A DNA stretch of 53,283 nt, from positions 1 through 53,283 of the IMG/VR virus record IMGVR_UViG_3300032053_000104, one strand, 5' to 3'. A model generated the notes under the pieces. It saw only the letters and a program-made list of their open reading frames with translations, was not told the DNA's origin and searched no databases. The position numbers and the translations under genes are program-made. This document shows, piece after piece, positions 38,200 through 47,382 of this stretch (position 1 is its first letter; each line of letters opens with the position of its first letter). This DNA comes from a virus (Duplodnaviria > Caudoviricetes).

Positions 38200-39813
38200 A
38201 TGCTTACAAAGCAAAAACAAATTGAAGAAATTATCAAGTGTGGTAAGGAACCATCATACTTTCTTAAAACGTATGTCAAAATACAACATCCAAAACGTGG
38301 ATTAATTCCGTTCAAGACATATCCGTTTCAGGACGACTGTGTAACAGATTTTAACGATCACAGGTTCAATGTTGTTTTAAAGTCACGTCAGATGGGTCTT
38401 TCGACGCTCGTTGCAGGTTATGCAACTTGGATGGCAATCTTTCACAAAGATCAGTCAATATTGATCATTGCAACAAAGCAAAAGGTCGCACAAAACATAA
38501 TCAGAAAGATGCGTACTATTGTTAATAATTTACCTAGCTGGCTTTTTATAACAAAAGTAACAGGAAATAATAAACAAGAAATTGAATTTTCAAATGGATC
38601 GGTAATTAAAGCAGTTCCAACGTCTGAAGACGCAGGCCGTTCAGAAGCACTTTCATTATTAATCATTGACGAAGCTGCACATATTAGAAACTTTGATGAT
38701 TTGTGGACGAGCTTATATTCGACGCTATCGACAGGTGGACGCGCAATTGTTCTTTCGACACCCAAGGGCGTTGGTGGAAAGTATCACGAGTTGTACACGC
38801 AAGCTGAAGCGGGCTTGAATGAATTTCATCCGATTAAGCTAATGTGGAACTTGCATCCAGAACATGATCAAGCATGGTTTGATAATGAGTGTAGAAACCT
38901 TACGCCAAAAGAAGTATCACAGGAAATTTTATGTGACTTCCTAGCGTCAGGTGATACATTTTTAAATCATGATGACATTAATTGGCTCAATGAGTTTATT
39001 ACGCCGCCGATTGAAAGATTATCAGATGATAAAAATCTATGGTTGTGGAAGTACTCATTAGCCGATCATAAATATATCATATCGGCAGACGTATCGCGCG
39101 GCGATGCCTCAGACTTTTCTACATTTCATGTGATAGACGCAACATCATGTGAAGTAGTTGCCGAGTATAAAGGTAAAATGCGCCCAGACACTTTTGCTGA
39201 TTTGTTAATTGCGACAGGGCGAAAATATAATAATGCTTTAATCTGCCCTGAAGTTAATAACTTTGGTTACGCAGTTTGCATGAAAATACGAGAAAATGAG
39301 TATCCTGCACTCTATTACCAGAATTCAAAAAATAACTTTTATCTTGGCACATACAATGCGCCACAAGATCAAGGCAAAATGGGCTTTGATACGCAGGGTC
39401 ACAATAGACCGAAAATTTTATCAAAACTTGAAGAGGTTATTCGTAATAAGAAACTTATTTCATATTCTTCTAGATTTTTAGATGAATTAAAAACGTTCGT
39501 ATGGTTGGGCGAAAAAGCGCAAGCGATGAAAGGCAAGCATGATGATCTTGTGATGGCATTGGCAATTGGGGCTTGGCTACTAGACACATCAGATAGTTTT
39601 AGTAATAACTCAGCTGCGCTTAATAAAGCGATGCTTTTTTCAATGGCGATAACAAGAAAAGAGTATAATCCTCCAGAGTTTGCTGCGGGACGTGATATGA
39701 TGGGTAATCCACTTAAGCCAAGAACACCAACAGCAGATGAAGTTATCGGTACAAATACATCAACTAGGCGCGACATGAAGGCATTAAGAAATCTTAAGTG
39801 GTTATTGAGTTAA
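38200..39813 (+). CDS. terL: Terminase large subunit (T4 gp17-like)
   Basis: 'YPFQ', Walker A 'KSRQMGLST', Walker B 'LLIIDEAA', motif III 'LSTPKG', nuclease 'ISADVSRG..DFS', 'HDDLVMA'. Confidence 0.95.
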   Translation: MLTKQKQIEEIIKCGKEPSYFLKTYVKIQHPKRGLIPFKTYPFQDDCVTDFNDHRFNVVLKSRQMGLSTLVAGYATWMAIFHKDQSILIIATKQKVAQNIIRKMRTIVNNLPSWLFITKVTGNNKQEIEFSNGSVIKAVPTSEDAGRSEALSLLIIDEAAHIRNFDDLWTSLYSTLSTGGRAIVLSTPKGVGGKYHELYTQAEAGLNEFHPIKLMWNLHPEHDQAWFDNECRNLTPKEVSQEILCDFLASGDTFLNHDDINWLNEFITPPIERLSDDKNLWLWKYSLADHKYIISADVSRGDASDFSTFHVIDATSCEVVAEYKGKMRPDTFADLLIATGRKYNNALICPEVNNFGYAVCMKIRENEYPALYYQNSKNNFYLGTYNAPQDQGKMGFDTQGHNRPKILSKLEEVIRNKKLISYSSRFLDELKTFVWLGEKAQAMKGKHDDLVMALAIGAWLLDTSDSFSNNSAALNKAMLFSMAITRKEYNPPEFAAGRDMMGNPLKPRTPTADEVIGTNTSTRRDMKALRNLKWLLS

Positions 39814-39814
39814 G

Positions 39815-39842
39815 TTTATAAAACGACAAGACAGATTATAAA
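39815..39842 (+). promoter_or_regulatory. Candidate sigma70-like promoter before portal (TTTATA-16-TATAAA)
   Basis: Same layout and AGATTATAA -10 context as the element at 50881-50908; the region is AT-rich, so chance is possible. Confidence 0.3.
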
Positions 39843-39864
39843 ATGTCAAGAGCGAGAGGAATAA

Positions 39865-42800
39865 ATGGCGAAGAAAGACGGCGGCAGCGACAATCTATTT
39901 CAAAGATTAACAGCACTTTTTAGAAGTGGTCCAATTGTTAAGCGCAAGGTACGTGCGTATAAAGACAAGGGAACGCCGTCATCTGCGCATGATGTCTTCA
40001 AGAAGAACCTGAGTTCTGTCTATAGTACAGCAATGAGCAGTTATGGGCAATACGATAGAATGTCGAGGTACAGCGATTTCTGCTTCGACGCAGAAACACT
40101 TGTTTATACTACGAGAGGCGTCTTTACATTTAAAGAACTTGCAGATGACAAAGTTCTAGGTGAGCGTTTTCATGTTTATTCATACGATTATGATAAAAAA
40201 CAAGTTGTTATATCAACAGCACATTCTCCAAGAATTGCAAAAGATGGTGAAAATGTCGATGTTGTAAGAATTCATCTTGATGATGGAGGATATCTTGATG
40301 TTACACCAGATCATAAGTGCATTCTAAGAGACGGTACTATAGAAGAAGCACAGAATCTTATGCCTGATACGTCACTTATGCCTTTTTATGTAAAGGATAT
40401 AACAGGTGATGGGTATATGTGGGTATATAACATGGAGCGCGAAACGCCTTTTAGAAAAACAAAAGGTGGATGGACGGGTGAACATAGACTTGTTGCTGAG
40501 CATAGTGCTGGAAGAGAATTACTTGAAAATGAAGTAGTACATCATAAAGATTTCAGCAGATCTAATAATCTTACCGAGAATCTTCAGATTATGGATCGCG
40601 TAGAACACAACAAATATCATGCACAATTAAATAATAAAAATAAGTTGGGCAAGCCAAATATAAAACATTCTGCTGGAATGAAAGAATACAATCATGTAAG
40701 AAATAATTCACTTACATATGATAAAATTCTCGATACGGCAATCGAAGTAGATTTTAACTGTAGAGAAGTTAGCAGATTGTTATCTGTTGACATTAATATG
40801 ATTAAATTGTGTCTTAGAGAAAGAGGATTTGAAAACTGGGAAGATTTTAATAAAAGAAGAGAAGAAGCAATAAATCAAAAAACACATGAAGTAATTGTGA
40901 ATGAAACAATTAGCCCTGAATACGATGTCATCAAAAATAGTGTTAAAGAAAATGACACGTTGTATTCAATCGCAACACGTTTAAATTGTACAACTCAATC
41001 TGTTCAGCGTAGATTGATGTCACATGGACATGTAAATTGGTCAGCATTTAAAGAATCTCTTAATATAGGTAGAGCTTATGCAGGAAAAAAGAAAGGTCCA
41101 AGCACTGATTCAACATTTACATACCAACAAGTGTGCAATGCATACAAGAAAGGAATGACGCTTTTAGAACTTGGAAAGGCAGTCGGAACAACTCATAATA
41201 AAGTGCTTACAAAGATAAGAAATGAAGGTGGAACTAGAAATTATACAGATTGGACGAAAGCACAAGAAAATCATAAAGTTGTTAGAGTTGAAAGATTAGC
41301 TGATAAGCGACCAGTTTATAATATCACAGTTGAAAAATATCACAATCTTGCAACTGGTTCACGTATTGCAGGAAATGATACGCGTAAATATTCAATGGTA
41401 TTCTCTCTGCAGAGTGAAATGGAATACACGCCTGAAATAGCAACAGCGCTTGACATACTTTCTGAAGAAGTTTCTGCACAGGACGACAAGGGCCGTGTTC
41501 TTCATATTTTTAGTGAAAATAGCCAAATTCAGCGCCTGCTTGAAGAACTTTTTTATGACACCCTGAACGTTGAGTTTAATCTCACACCCTGGGTACGAGA
41601 CATGTGTAAGTATGGCGATCTTTTTGCCTTCTTGGACGTTTCACCTGAACACGGAATTTTGAATATACTCCCGATACCAATTAATGAAATCGCACGTGAA
41701 GAGGGATATGATCCGTCAGATCCTCTTGCTGTAAGATTTAGATGGGTTACACAAGGAAATAAAGTACTTGAGAATTGGCAAATTGCACATTTTCGCTTGC
41801 TTGGCAATGATGCATTCTTGCCGTATGGATCGTCGATTCTTGAACCTGCGCGCAGAATATGGCGCCAGCTTATTCTGATTGAAGATGCAATGCTTGTTTA
41901 TCGTGTCGTTCGTTCACCTGAAAGACGTGTCTTTTATATCGACGTCGGCGCAGTTCCTGCAGAAGATATTCCAAACTATATGGAACAGGCAAGGTCAATT
42001 CTAAAGGGCAACAAGGTTATAGACTCGCATACGGGTCGCGTAGATCTCAGATATAATCCTCTATCTGTCGACGAAGACTATTTTATTCCAACACGCGGAA
42101 GCGAAGGTGGAACAAAAATTGATACGCTTGCAGGTGGCGTAAATGTCACTGCGACTGAGGATGTTGAGTATATACAGAGAAAACTATTCTCGGCGCTTAA
42201 AATACCAAAAGCATATTTGGGATTTGATGAAAGCTTGTCATCCAAGGCAGGCTTGGCACAAGAAGATATTCGTTTTTCTCGAACTGTTAATAGAATTCAA
42301 CGCGTAGTCCTTTCAGAATTAAATAAAATTGCTGTTATACACTTGTATTCGAATGGTTTTGAAGGAGATGATCTTTTAGACTTCACACTTCAGCTTTCTA
42401 ATCCTTCAACAATTGCTCAGCAGCAAAAACTTGAAATATATCGCACACGCCTTGAAATCGCGAGCTCAGCAGACGTAGCGTTGGTTGATAGACATTGGGT
42501 AAGAAAAAATATTCTTAATCTATCTGATGATGAAATTGAAAGAATCGAGCTCGGCAGAATCGATGATAAGGTTGCTGATCTTAAGATTGAAGGAATTACT
42601 GGTGAACCAGTAGAAGCTGGCGGCGGCGGCGGCGGCGGTGGCGGAGGTGGAGGAGGACTCGGCGGCGGCGGTGATGAAGGCTTACCTCCAGAAGAACCAC
42701 CAGCAGGTGAAGAACCACCGGGCGGCGGAGCGCCCGAGGGTGAAGAAGAGGCAGGCGGCGAAGATGAACCACTTCCAAGCACAGAAGATTTATTCTCTGG

Positions 42801-43311
42801 ACAGGAAAAAAAGGGCAACCTGATTGATGAAGATGATGATGTTGATTTAAGCATGTTGTCTGTTGAAGATGACAGCGCGCCGATTCGTGCTGAAGCACAA
42901 ATAAGTAAACAGCTTAAGCGCGTCAAGAAAAATAGAGAACAATTACGTCATCACGGGCCGGGATCGACACATATGCCCGATTTTGCCAAAATGGTTAATG
43001 GAAAACGCCCAGGCGATACACTGACAGATCCTTATGATTCGCATAAGGTCTTTCAAACGAATCCATTTAAAGAAGGCCAAGAGAAAGATAACTCAGTTAC
43101 AAATTTTCTTAGCAACGGGCAAAGAAAACATGCAAAAATGACTGCACAGCTATCTTCTGCGCTTAAATCACTTGATCGTAGTATAGGTAGAAATAAGAAT
43201 AGTGATGGCATTCTTACAGAGTCACGGTCGCTACTAGATATTTATGAAGAAGATGACGTCGACAATATCACGTCTGGGGAGGAATCAGGTGATGTCGGAA
43301 GTAAAGCATAA
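39865..43311 (+). CDS. Portal protein (T4 gp20-like) containing an intein
   Basis: 'PEIATALDILSEE', 'IEDAMLVYRVVRSPERRVFYIDVG', 'EDYFIPTRG..GTKIDTLAGG', 'KLFSALKIP'. Confidence 0.95.
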   Translation: MAKKDGGSDNLFQRLTALFRSGPIVKRKVRAYKDKGTPSSAHDVFKKNLSSVYSTAMSSYGQYDRMSRYSDFCFDAETLVYTTRGVFTFKELADDKVLGERFHVYSYDYDKKQVVISTAHSPRIAKDGENVDVVRIHLDDGGYLDVTPDHKCILRDGTIEEAQNLMPDTSLMPFYVKDITGDGYMWVYNMERETPFRKTKGGWTGEHRLVAEHSAGRELLENEVVHHKDFSRSNNLTENLQIMDRVEHNKYHAQLNNKNKLGKPNIKHSAGMKEYNHVRNNSLTYDKILDTAIEVDFNCREVSRLLSVDINMIKLCLRERGFENWEDFNKRREEAINQKTHEVIVNETISPEYDVIKNSVKENDTLYSIATRLNCTTQSVQRRLMSHGHVNWSAFKESLNIGRAYAGKKKGPSTDSTFTYQQVCNAYKKGMTLLELGKAVGTTHNKVLTKIRNEGGTRNYTDWTKAQENHKVVRVERLADKRPVYNITVEKYHNLATGSRIAGNDTRKYSMVFSLQSEMEYTPEIATALDILSEEVSAQDDKGRVLHIFSENSQIQRLLEELFYDTLNVEFNLTPWVRDMCKYGDLFAFLDVSPEHGILNILPIPINEIAREEGYDPSDPLAVRFRWVTQGNKVLENWQIAHFRLLGNDAFLPYGSSILEPARRIWRQLILIEDAMLVYRVVRSPERRVFYIDVGAVPAEDIPNYMEQARSILKGNKVIDSHTGRVDLRYNPLSVDEDYFIPTRGSEGGTKIDTLAGGVNVTATEDVEYIQRKLFSALKIPKAYLGFDESLSSKAGLAQEDIRFSRTVNRIQRVVLSELNKIAVIHLYSNGFEGDDLLDFTLQLSNPSTIAQQQKLEIYRTRLEIASSADVALVDRHWVRKNILNLSDDEIERIELGRIDDKVADLKIEGITGEPVEAGGGGGGGGGGGGGLGGGGDEGLPPEEPPAGEEPPGGGAPEGEEEAGGEDEPLPSTEDLFSGQEKKGNLIDEDDDVDLSMLSVEDDSAPIRAEAQISKQLKRVKKNREQLRHHGPGSTHMPDFAKMVNGKRPGDTLTDPYDSHKVFQTNPFKEGQEKDNSVTNFLSNGQRKHAKMTAQLSSALKSLDRSIGRNKNSDGILTESRSLLDIYEEDDVDNITSGEESGDVGSKA
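40081..41412 (+). mobile_element. Intein (444 aa) with HNH homing endonuclease in the portal gene
   Basis: Block A 'CFDAETLVYT', block B 'VTPDHKCI', HNH 'EVVHHKDFSRSNNLTENL', block F 'PVYNITVEKYHNL', end 'VFSLQ|S'; removal restores RYSDF-SEMEYTPEI. Confidence 0.9.
42619..42672 (+). repeat. GGN/GGC low-complexity repeat encoding a polyglycine run in the portal tail
   Basis: (GGC)6 then GGN codons; encodes G13-L-G4. Confidence 0.8.
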
Positions 43312-44149
43312 TAAAAAGAGAAATGTTGGAATAATTTATGAACTACTCCTTCGAGAAATATCAAGTGATATTGTAGATGAGGGTGGTTCGTCTGCAAAGG
43401 CAGGCGTACTTCTTCGAAAGCATTTTAAAAAAGGTACTGAGCTTCATAAAGAATTTCGTCTTTTTAATGCACTTGTAAGAACGCAGGCGTCGTCACCTGC
43501 TGTTGCAATGACAATATTGTCTGAAGCTAAAAAGCTTGCAAGGGATATGAATCCTAAGCAGCTTGATATTGAAAAGACTGAGCTTATTCATAATATCAAT
43601 AGAACGCTTGATAAAGAAAGATTTTACGGCCGCTGGTTGCCAGAGTATCGTGAGTTTGCAACAATACAGATATTATTAAATGACTGGCGCGGTGAGGGAT
43701 TAAAAAACATCTCGAGACAGGCAGAATTTGAAGAACAAGTAAAGACGTGGTTGATAAAAGAAAGAAGAGATCCGCGCGCTGATATTGTTATTGATCCAAA
43801 TGTCGATAATCTTGTGCTTACGTTAATGGAAAAGAAATTCGATAAAAAGTTCGGTAATGCGCTTACCGAACAACAGAAAAATATCATGAGAGCATATGTT
43901 CTATCAGAAACAACAAATGACAAAACGACATTTAGTAAGTTTCTTGAAGCATTAAAAGAAGAAACAATTGCTTCACTTGATGCATACTTGATTAAAGAAA
44001 ACAATACAGTTCTTAATGAAAAGGCAACATCGATTAGATCAGATGTAGTTTCATTACCAACAGATTCATTTGATGATAAAGTGATAGTTAGATATTTGAC
44101 AGTCTCTCAGCTTAAATCAACCCTTGAGGAGGGACATTCAAATGAGTAA
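43292..44149 (+). CDS. Helical hypothetical protein between portal and protease
   Basis: Start moved to ATG 43292; 'KHNKKRNVGIIYELL'; head-module context. Confidence 0.6.
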   Translation: MSEVKHNKKRNVGIIYELLLREISSDIVDEGGSSAKAGVLLRKHFKKGTELHKEFRLFNALVRTQASSPAVAMTILSEAKKLARDMNPKQLDIEKTELIHNINRTLDKERFYGRWLPEYREFATIQILLNDWRGEGLKNISRQAEFEEQVKTWLIKERRDPRADIVIDPNVDNLVLTLMEKKFDKKFGNALTEQQKNIMRAYVLSETTNDKTTFSKFLEALKEETIASLDAYLIKENNTVLNEKATSIRSDVVSLPTDSFDDKVIVRYLTVSQLKSTLEEGHSNE

Positions 44150-44759
44150 TGATGAAACAAAAAAACTCCTTCTTTCGTGGGAGCCATTTGCTTATACAAA
44201 AGAAACTATTAAAGAAGCTCGTGACAAGGCGTCGGGACGAATAGTTCTAAAGGGTGTCATACAGCGCGCTGATGCACTCAACCAAAATGGAAGAATTTAT
44301 CCAAAAGCAATTCTTGAAAGAGAAGTTAGAAACTATCAAAAGTTCATAAGAGAGCGTCGTGCACTTGGTGAGTGTGATCACCCTGCTACGTCTGTTGTTG
44401 AACTTAAGAATGTTTCACATCTTATCACGTCAGCAACGATTGAAGGTAATGATGTTATGGGCACAATTGAGCTTCTTGATACACCTGCGGGCAAGATACT
44501 TCAGAGTCTGGTTGAAGCAGGTGTCACTCTTGGAATTTCTTCTAGAGGCGTTGGCAGTACTAAACGCGACGGCGACAGACAGATTGTTCAAGAGGATTTC
44601 CAAATTGTTTGTTGGGATATCGTTAGCGAGCCAAGCACGACAAATGCTTTCTTGCATGAAGGTATTGACATAACAAAAAGAGAAATTAATAAGCAATTTA
44701 AAAAGTCAGATCGCGTTGATCGTGTCTTTAATGAAATATTAAACTGGAAGAAGGAATGA
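44142..44759 (+). CDS. Prohead core protease (T4 gp21-like)
   Basis: 'NQNGRIYP', 'ALGECDHP', 'VSH', 'LLDTPAGKI', 'LGISSRGVGS', 'DIVSEPS'; start ATG 44142. Confidence 0.95.
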   Translation: MSNDETKKLLLSWEPFAYTKETIKEARDKASGRIVLKGVIQRADALNQNGRIYPKAILEREVRNYQKFIRERRALGECDHPATSVVELKNVSHLITSATIEGNDVMGTIELLDTPAGKILQSLVEAGVTLGISSRGVGSTKRDGDRQIVQEDFQIVCWDIVSEPSTTNAFLHEGIDITKREINKQFKKSDRVDRVFNEILNWKKE

Positions 44760-44764
44760 TTTAA

Positions 44765-45145
44765 ATGGGTAATACACACGGTTCATCAGGTCCCAATAAC
44801 GTCCCAATGTATCAAATGTCAGGTATACCTTTCATTTCTTCAGGTACAGTGACATCAGGTTCAGCAACGAAAATAACATTTCCTTATGTAACGAAAGATA
44901 TCTACATAAGATGCAGAAGCACAAATGTTTTAAGTATTGGTTTTTCATTGTCGGGATCACTAGGAACATTTAGAACTACGCTAGAAGATAATGAATATGT
45001 AACATTTAATGTAAGAACAAAAGCGCTGTTTCTCTCGGGAATAAGCGGTTCAGTTTTTTATGAAGTAGTTGCAGGTTTAACAATGATTTCAGCAAATGAA
45101 TTTCCAGAATTATCAGCATCAGCAAATTTCCTTGGGATTGGATAA
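44765..45145 (+). CDS. Small beta-rich putative virion (decoration-like) protein
   Basis: 126 aa, beta-strand pattern, four SG[S/T] motifs; head module. Confidence 0.5.
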   Translation: MGNTHGSSGPNNVPMYQMSGIPFISSGTVTSGSATKITFPYVTKDIYIRCRSTNVLSIGFSLSGSLGTFRTTLEDNEYVTFNVRTKALFLSGISGSVFYEVVAGLTMISANEFPELSASANFLGIG

Positions 45146-45603
45146 TGGCTAAAGTAAGCAAAGACAAACTTAAGGCACTTATTAAAGAGTGTCTTGTAGA
45201 AATTTTAAACGAAGGTCTTACAAAGACAATTTCTGAGTCTAGGTCATCGAGTTTATCTTCTGATGATCTTGACGATCCTGCAATTTGGACAAGTCCAAAA
45301 AAGTTGGCAGCGCCACAGCAACAAAAAAGAATAATTGCCGATGATAGACGACTGCAAGAATCAAGAAATACTGCTGCTCGCGCAACAAGTGTGCCTATTC
45401 TGCAAGAGATGCTTAATGATCCGGCAACGCTCGCAGCAGCAAGAAATATGAGAGGCGCAACAGAATCTGGCGGCGGCGCAGGATCCATCATAGATACATC
45501 AGATCAGCAGGGTATTCCTGCAGAAAAAATTGAAGCACTAGGCGATTCAGGTAATTGGGCAGCAATTGCTTTTGCTCAAACAAGACGCCCAGGAATGCCA
45601 TAA
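45145..45603 (+). CDS. Putative prohead core/internal protein
   Basis: N-terminal 'KLKALIKECLVEILNEG'; several (I/L)xE sites. Confidence 0.5.
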   Translation: MAKVSKDKLKALIKECLVEILNEGLTKTISESRSSSLSSDDLDDPAIWTSPKKLAAPQQQKRIIADDRRLQESRNTAARATSVPILQEMLNDPATLAAARNMRGATESGGGAGSIIDTSDQQGIPAEKIEALGDSGNWAAIAFAQTRRPGMP

Positions 45604-45661
45604 AAACCATTATCGTGAAATATATATTGAAGTAAGTTCGTCTTACTAGGAGAATAAACAT

Positions 45662-45955
45662 ATGAAAAAGATTCACAAGCTAACGCCACAGATGCTTTAC
45701 AGACTAGTCCTCGAAGAAAAGGCTAAGTATGAAAAAGATCTTGAGAAGGTCGCGGCTGCAACAAAAGAAGTTGATGCTGATGAGTATGCAAATACTCTAG
45801 AAAAAGAAGTTGATTTTCTCGCCGTCCTTAAGATTAAGGAAGTTCAGGCAAAAAGTGATCTAAAGAAGATTGAAGAAGCAAAGAAGCGTTCAATGCTTCG
45901 TCTTCGTGAAGCAAGAAGTGCAAAGCTTCCAGTCAAGAAGAGTGAAAAGAAATAA
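45662..45955 (+). CDS. Putative prohead core/internal protein
   Basis: AGGAG RBS; charged helical 97 aa; 'MLYRLVLEE'. Confidence 0.5.
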   Translation: MKKIHKLTPQMLYRLVLEEKAKYEKDLEKVAAATKEVDADEYANTLEKEVDFLAVLKIKEVQAKSDLKKIEEAKKRSMLRLREARSAKLPVKKSEKK

Positions 45956-45976
45956 TTTAAAAGAGGAGGATGACTT

Positions 45977-46468
45977 ATGTCGACCTTTAAGCAAAGAACA
46001 GTAGACTCATTAATTACGAGTCGCGATAAGGGATCAGCATCCTCTGCTACGCTCCAGGAAATGTTCCCAGCTTCTCCGATTCATACGGGTGAATTAACTC
46101 GTACAAGCGTTGAAGCTTTGGGAAATGATCTTATCCTTGGTGGCGAAGGCGCTGATGGTGTTGTTGATGATCGCGGCTATTGGGGTTTCACGGAACCATA
46201 CAATAAGAACTATGTAAATGCACCTGATATGTCGACAGTTGCGACTGGCGGTGGCGGCCTTCCGGGATCTCCTTGGGCACCCGCTCCAGGTAGTCCGGGT
46301 CCAGGTAGTATGTCTGCAACAGATATTCCAGCTCCTCCCGCTGATTGGCCAGGTCCGTCAGGAACTGAGTATGGATCGGGAGAGGGTGGTCTTGTATCAC
46401 CTTCTGTAACGTCAGAAAGATTATCAAAGAAGACTCTCGGGTCATACGGACTCGGCACGTCAACATAA
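45977..46468 (+). CDS. Pro/Gly-rich hypothetical head-module protein
   Basis: AGGAGG RBS; 'GGGGLPGSPWAPAPGSPGPGS'. Confidence 0.55.
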   Translation: MSTFKQRTVDSLITSRDKGSASSATLQEMFPASPIHTGELTRTSVEALGNDLILGGEGADGVVDDRGYWGFTEPYNKNYVNAPDMSTVATGGGGLPGSPWAPAPGSPGPGSMSATDIPAPPADWPGPSGTEYGSGEGGLVSPSVTSERLSKKTLGSYGLGTST

Positions 46469-47076
46469 TGCTAAGCCTCGTATCAATTCTAAAAGAATTT
46501 GAGACACGATCATCACCGAAAGATGGTCGTGACGGGCATGGTTATGGAAGAATTGGTGAGCCTAAGGGCGCAGGCACAACGTGGGTTATGGGTGCAGATT
46601 ATCCGTATGTAAAAGTTGGAAATGATGCAACAGAAGAAGAAATGATTGAGATGGACGATGATGAAGATTATGATATGAATAAAATGATGTCGAAACTGAC
46701 ATCGACATTTTATACACCGCACGATCCAATGGGTCAAAGAACGGGAAGAGTTGATAGAGCAACTTTTGCATCTGGCGGGCGCGGTCTTGGTGAAGCATTG
46801 GGAAATGTTGCAATACCAGGCATGTACAAACATAGAGATTCTGGCCTCGGCGGCGGAATTAAATATACAACTAATAGACCACAAAGAACAGGCATGAAAT
46901 ATGGGTGGTCCATGCGTCCCCCGGTGTATGATGATGCACCTGGCGAGGATCTTGAACCTGTTTATCATATTGAAGATCTCCCGTCAGACGATGAGAGGGC
47001 GTTAATGAAAGCAAAAAGAGAGCACGAAGTTATGGTTAGTGAATTTAAAATTTATCTTGGGGGAATACGTGGGTAA
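46468..47076 (+). CDS. Hypothetical, largely disordered head-module protein
   Basis: TAATG overlap with the previous gene; Gly- and acidic-rich. Confidence 0.5.
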   Translation: MLSLVSILKEFETRSSPKDGRDGHGYGRIGEPKGAGTTWVMGADYPYVKVGNDATEEEMIEMDDDEDYDMNKMMSKLTSTFYTPHDPMGQRTGRVDRATFASGGRGLGEALGNVAIPGMYKHRDSGLGGGIKYTTNRPQRTGMKYGWSMRPPVYDDAPGEDLEPVYHIEDLPSDDERALMKAKREHEVMVSEFKIYLGGIRG

Positions 47077-47332
47077 AAGAGCTGTTAATGTGCAGGTGAC
47101 TTTAGATAGACGACATGGCGATGATCGCCGTGCCGTTGACAAAATGATAAGAAAATTTATCAAAATCTGCAAAAAAGAAAGAATTAGAGAAGAATATAGA
47201 GATCGTGGCGCGTTTAAGTCCGTTCCGCAAAAGCATAAAGAAAAATCAATTCGAGCTGCTAAGCGAAGAGCGCGTGATGCAAAAAAAGCAGCACAACAAT
47301 CTTCAAGACAGAGACAACATTTTGAAAAATGA
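47069..47332 (+). CDS. rpsU: Ribosomal protein bS21 homologue
   Basis: Likely GTG start 47069 after GGGGGA; 'VQVTL...VDKMIRKFIKICKKERIREEYRDRGAFKSVPQKHKEKSIRAAKRR' follows the bS21 pattern; very basic, 87 aa. Confidence 0.8.
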   Translation: MGKRAVNVQVTLDRRHGDDRRAVDKMIRKFIKICKKERIREEYRDRGAFKSVPQKHKEKSIRAAKRRARDAKKAAQQSSRQRQHFEK

Positions 47333-47382
47333 TACTCTTAACGCATATGTACATAAGTTATGCCTAGTGAGGTATGCTAATA

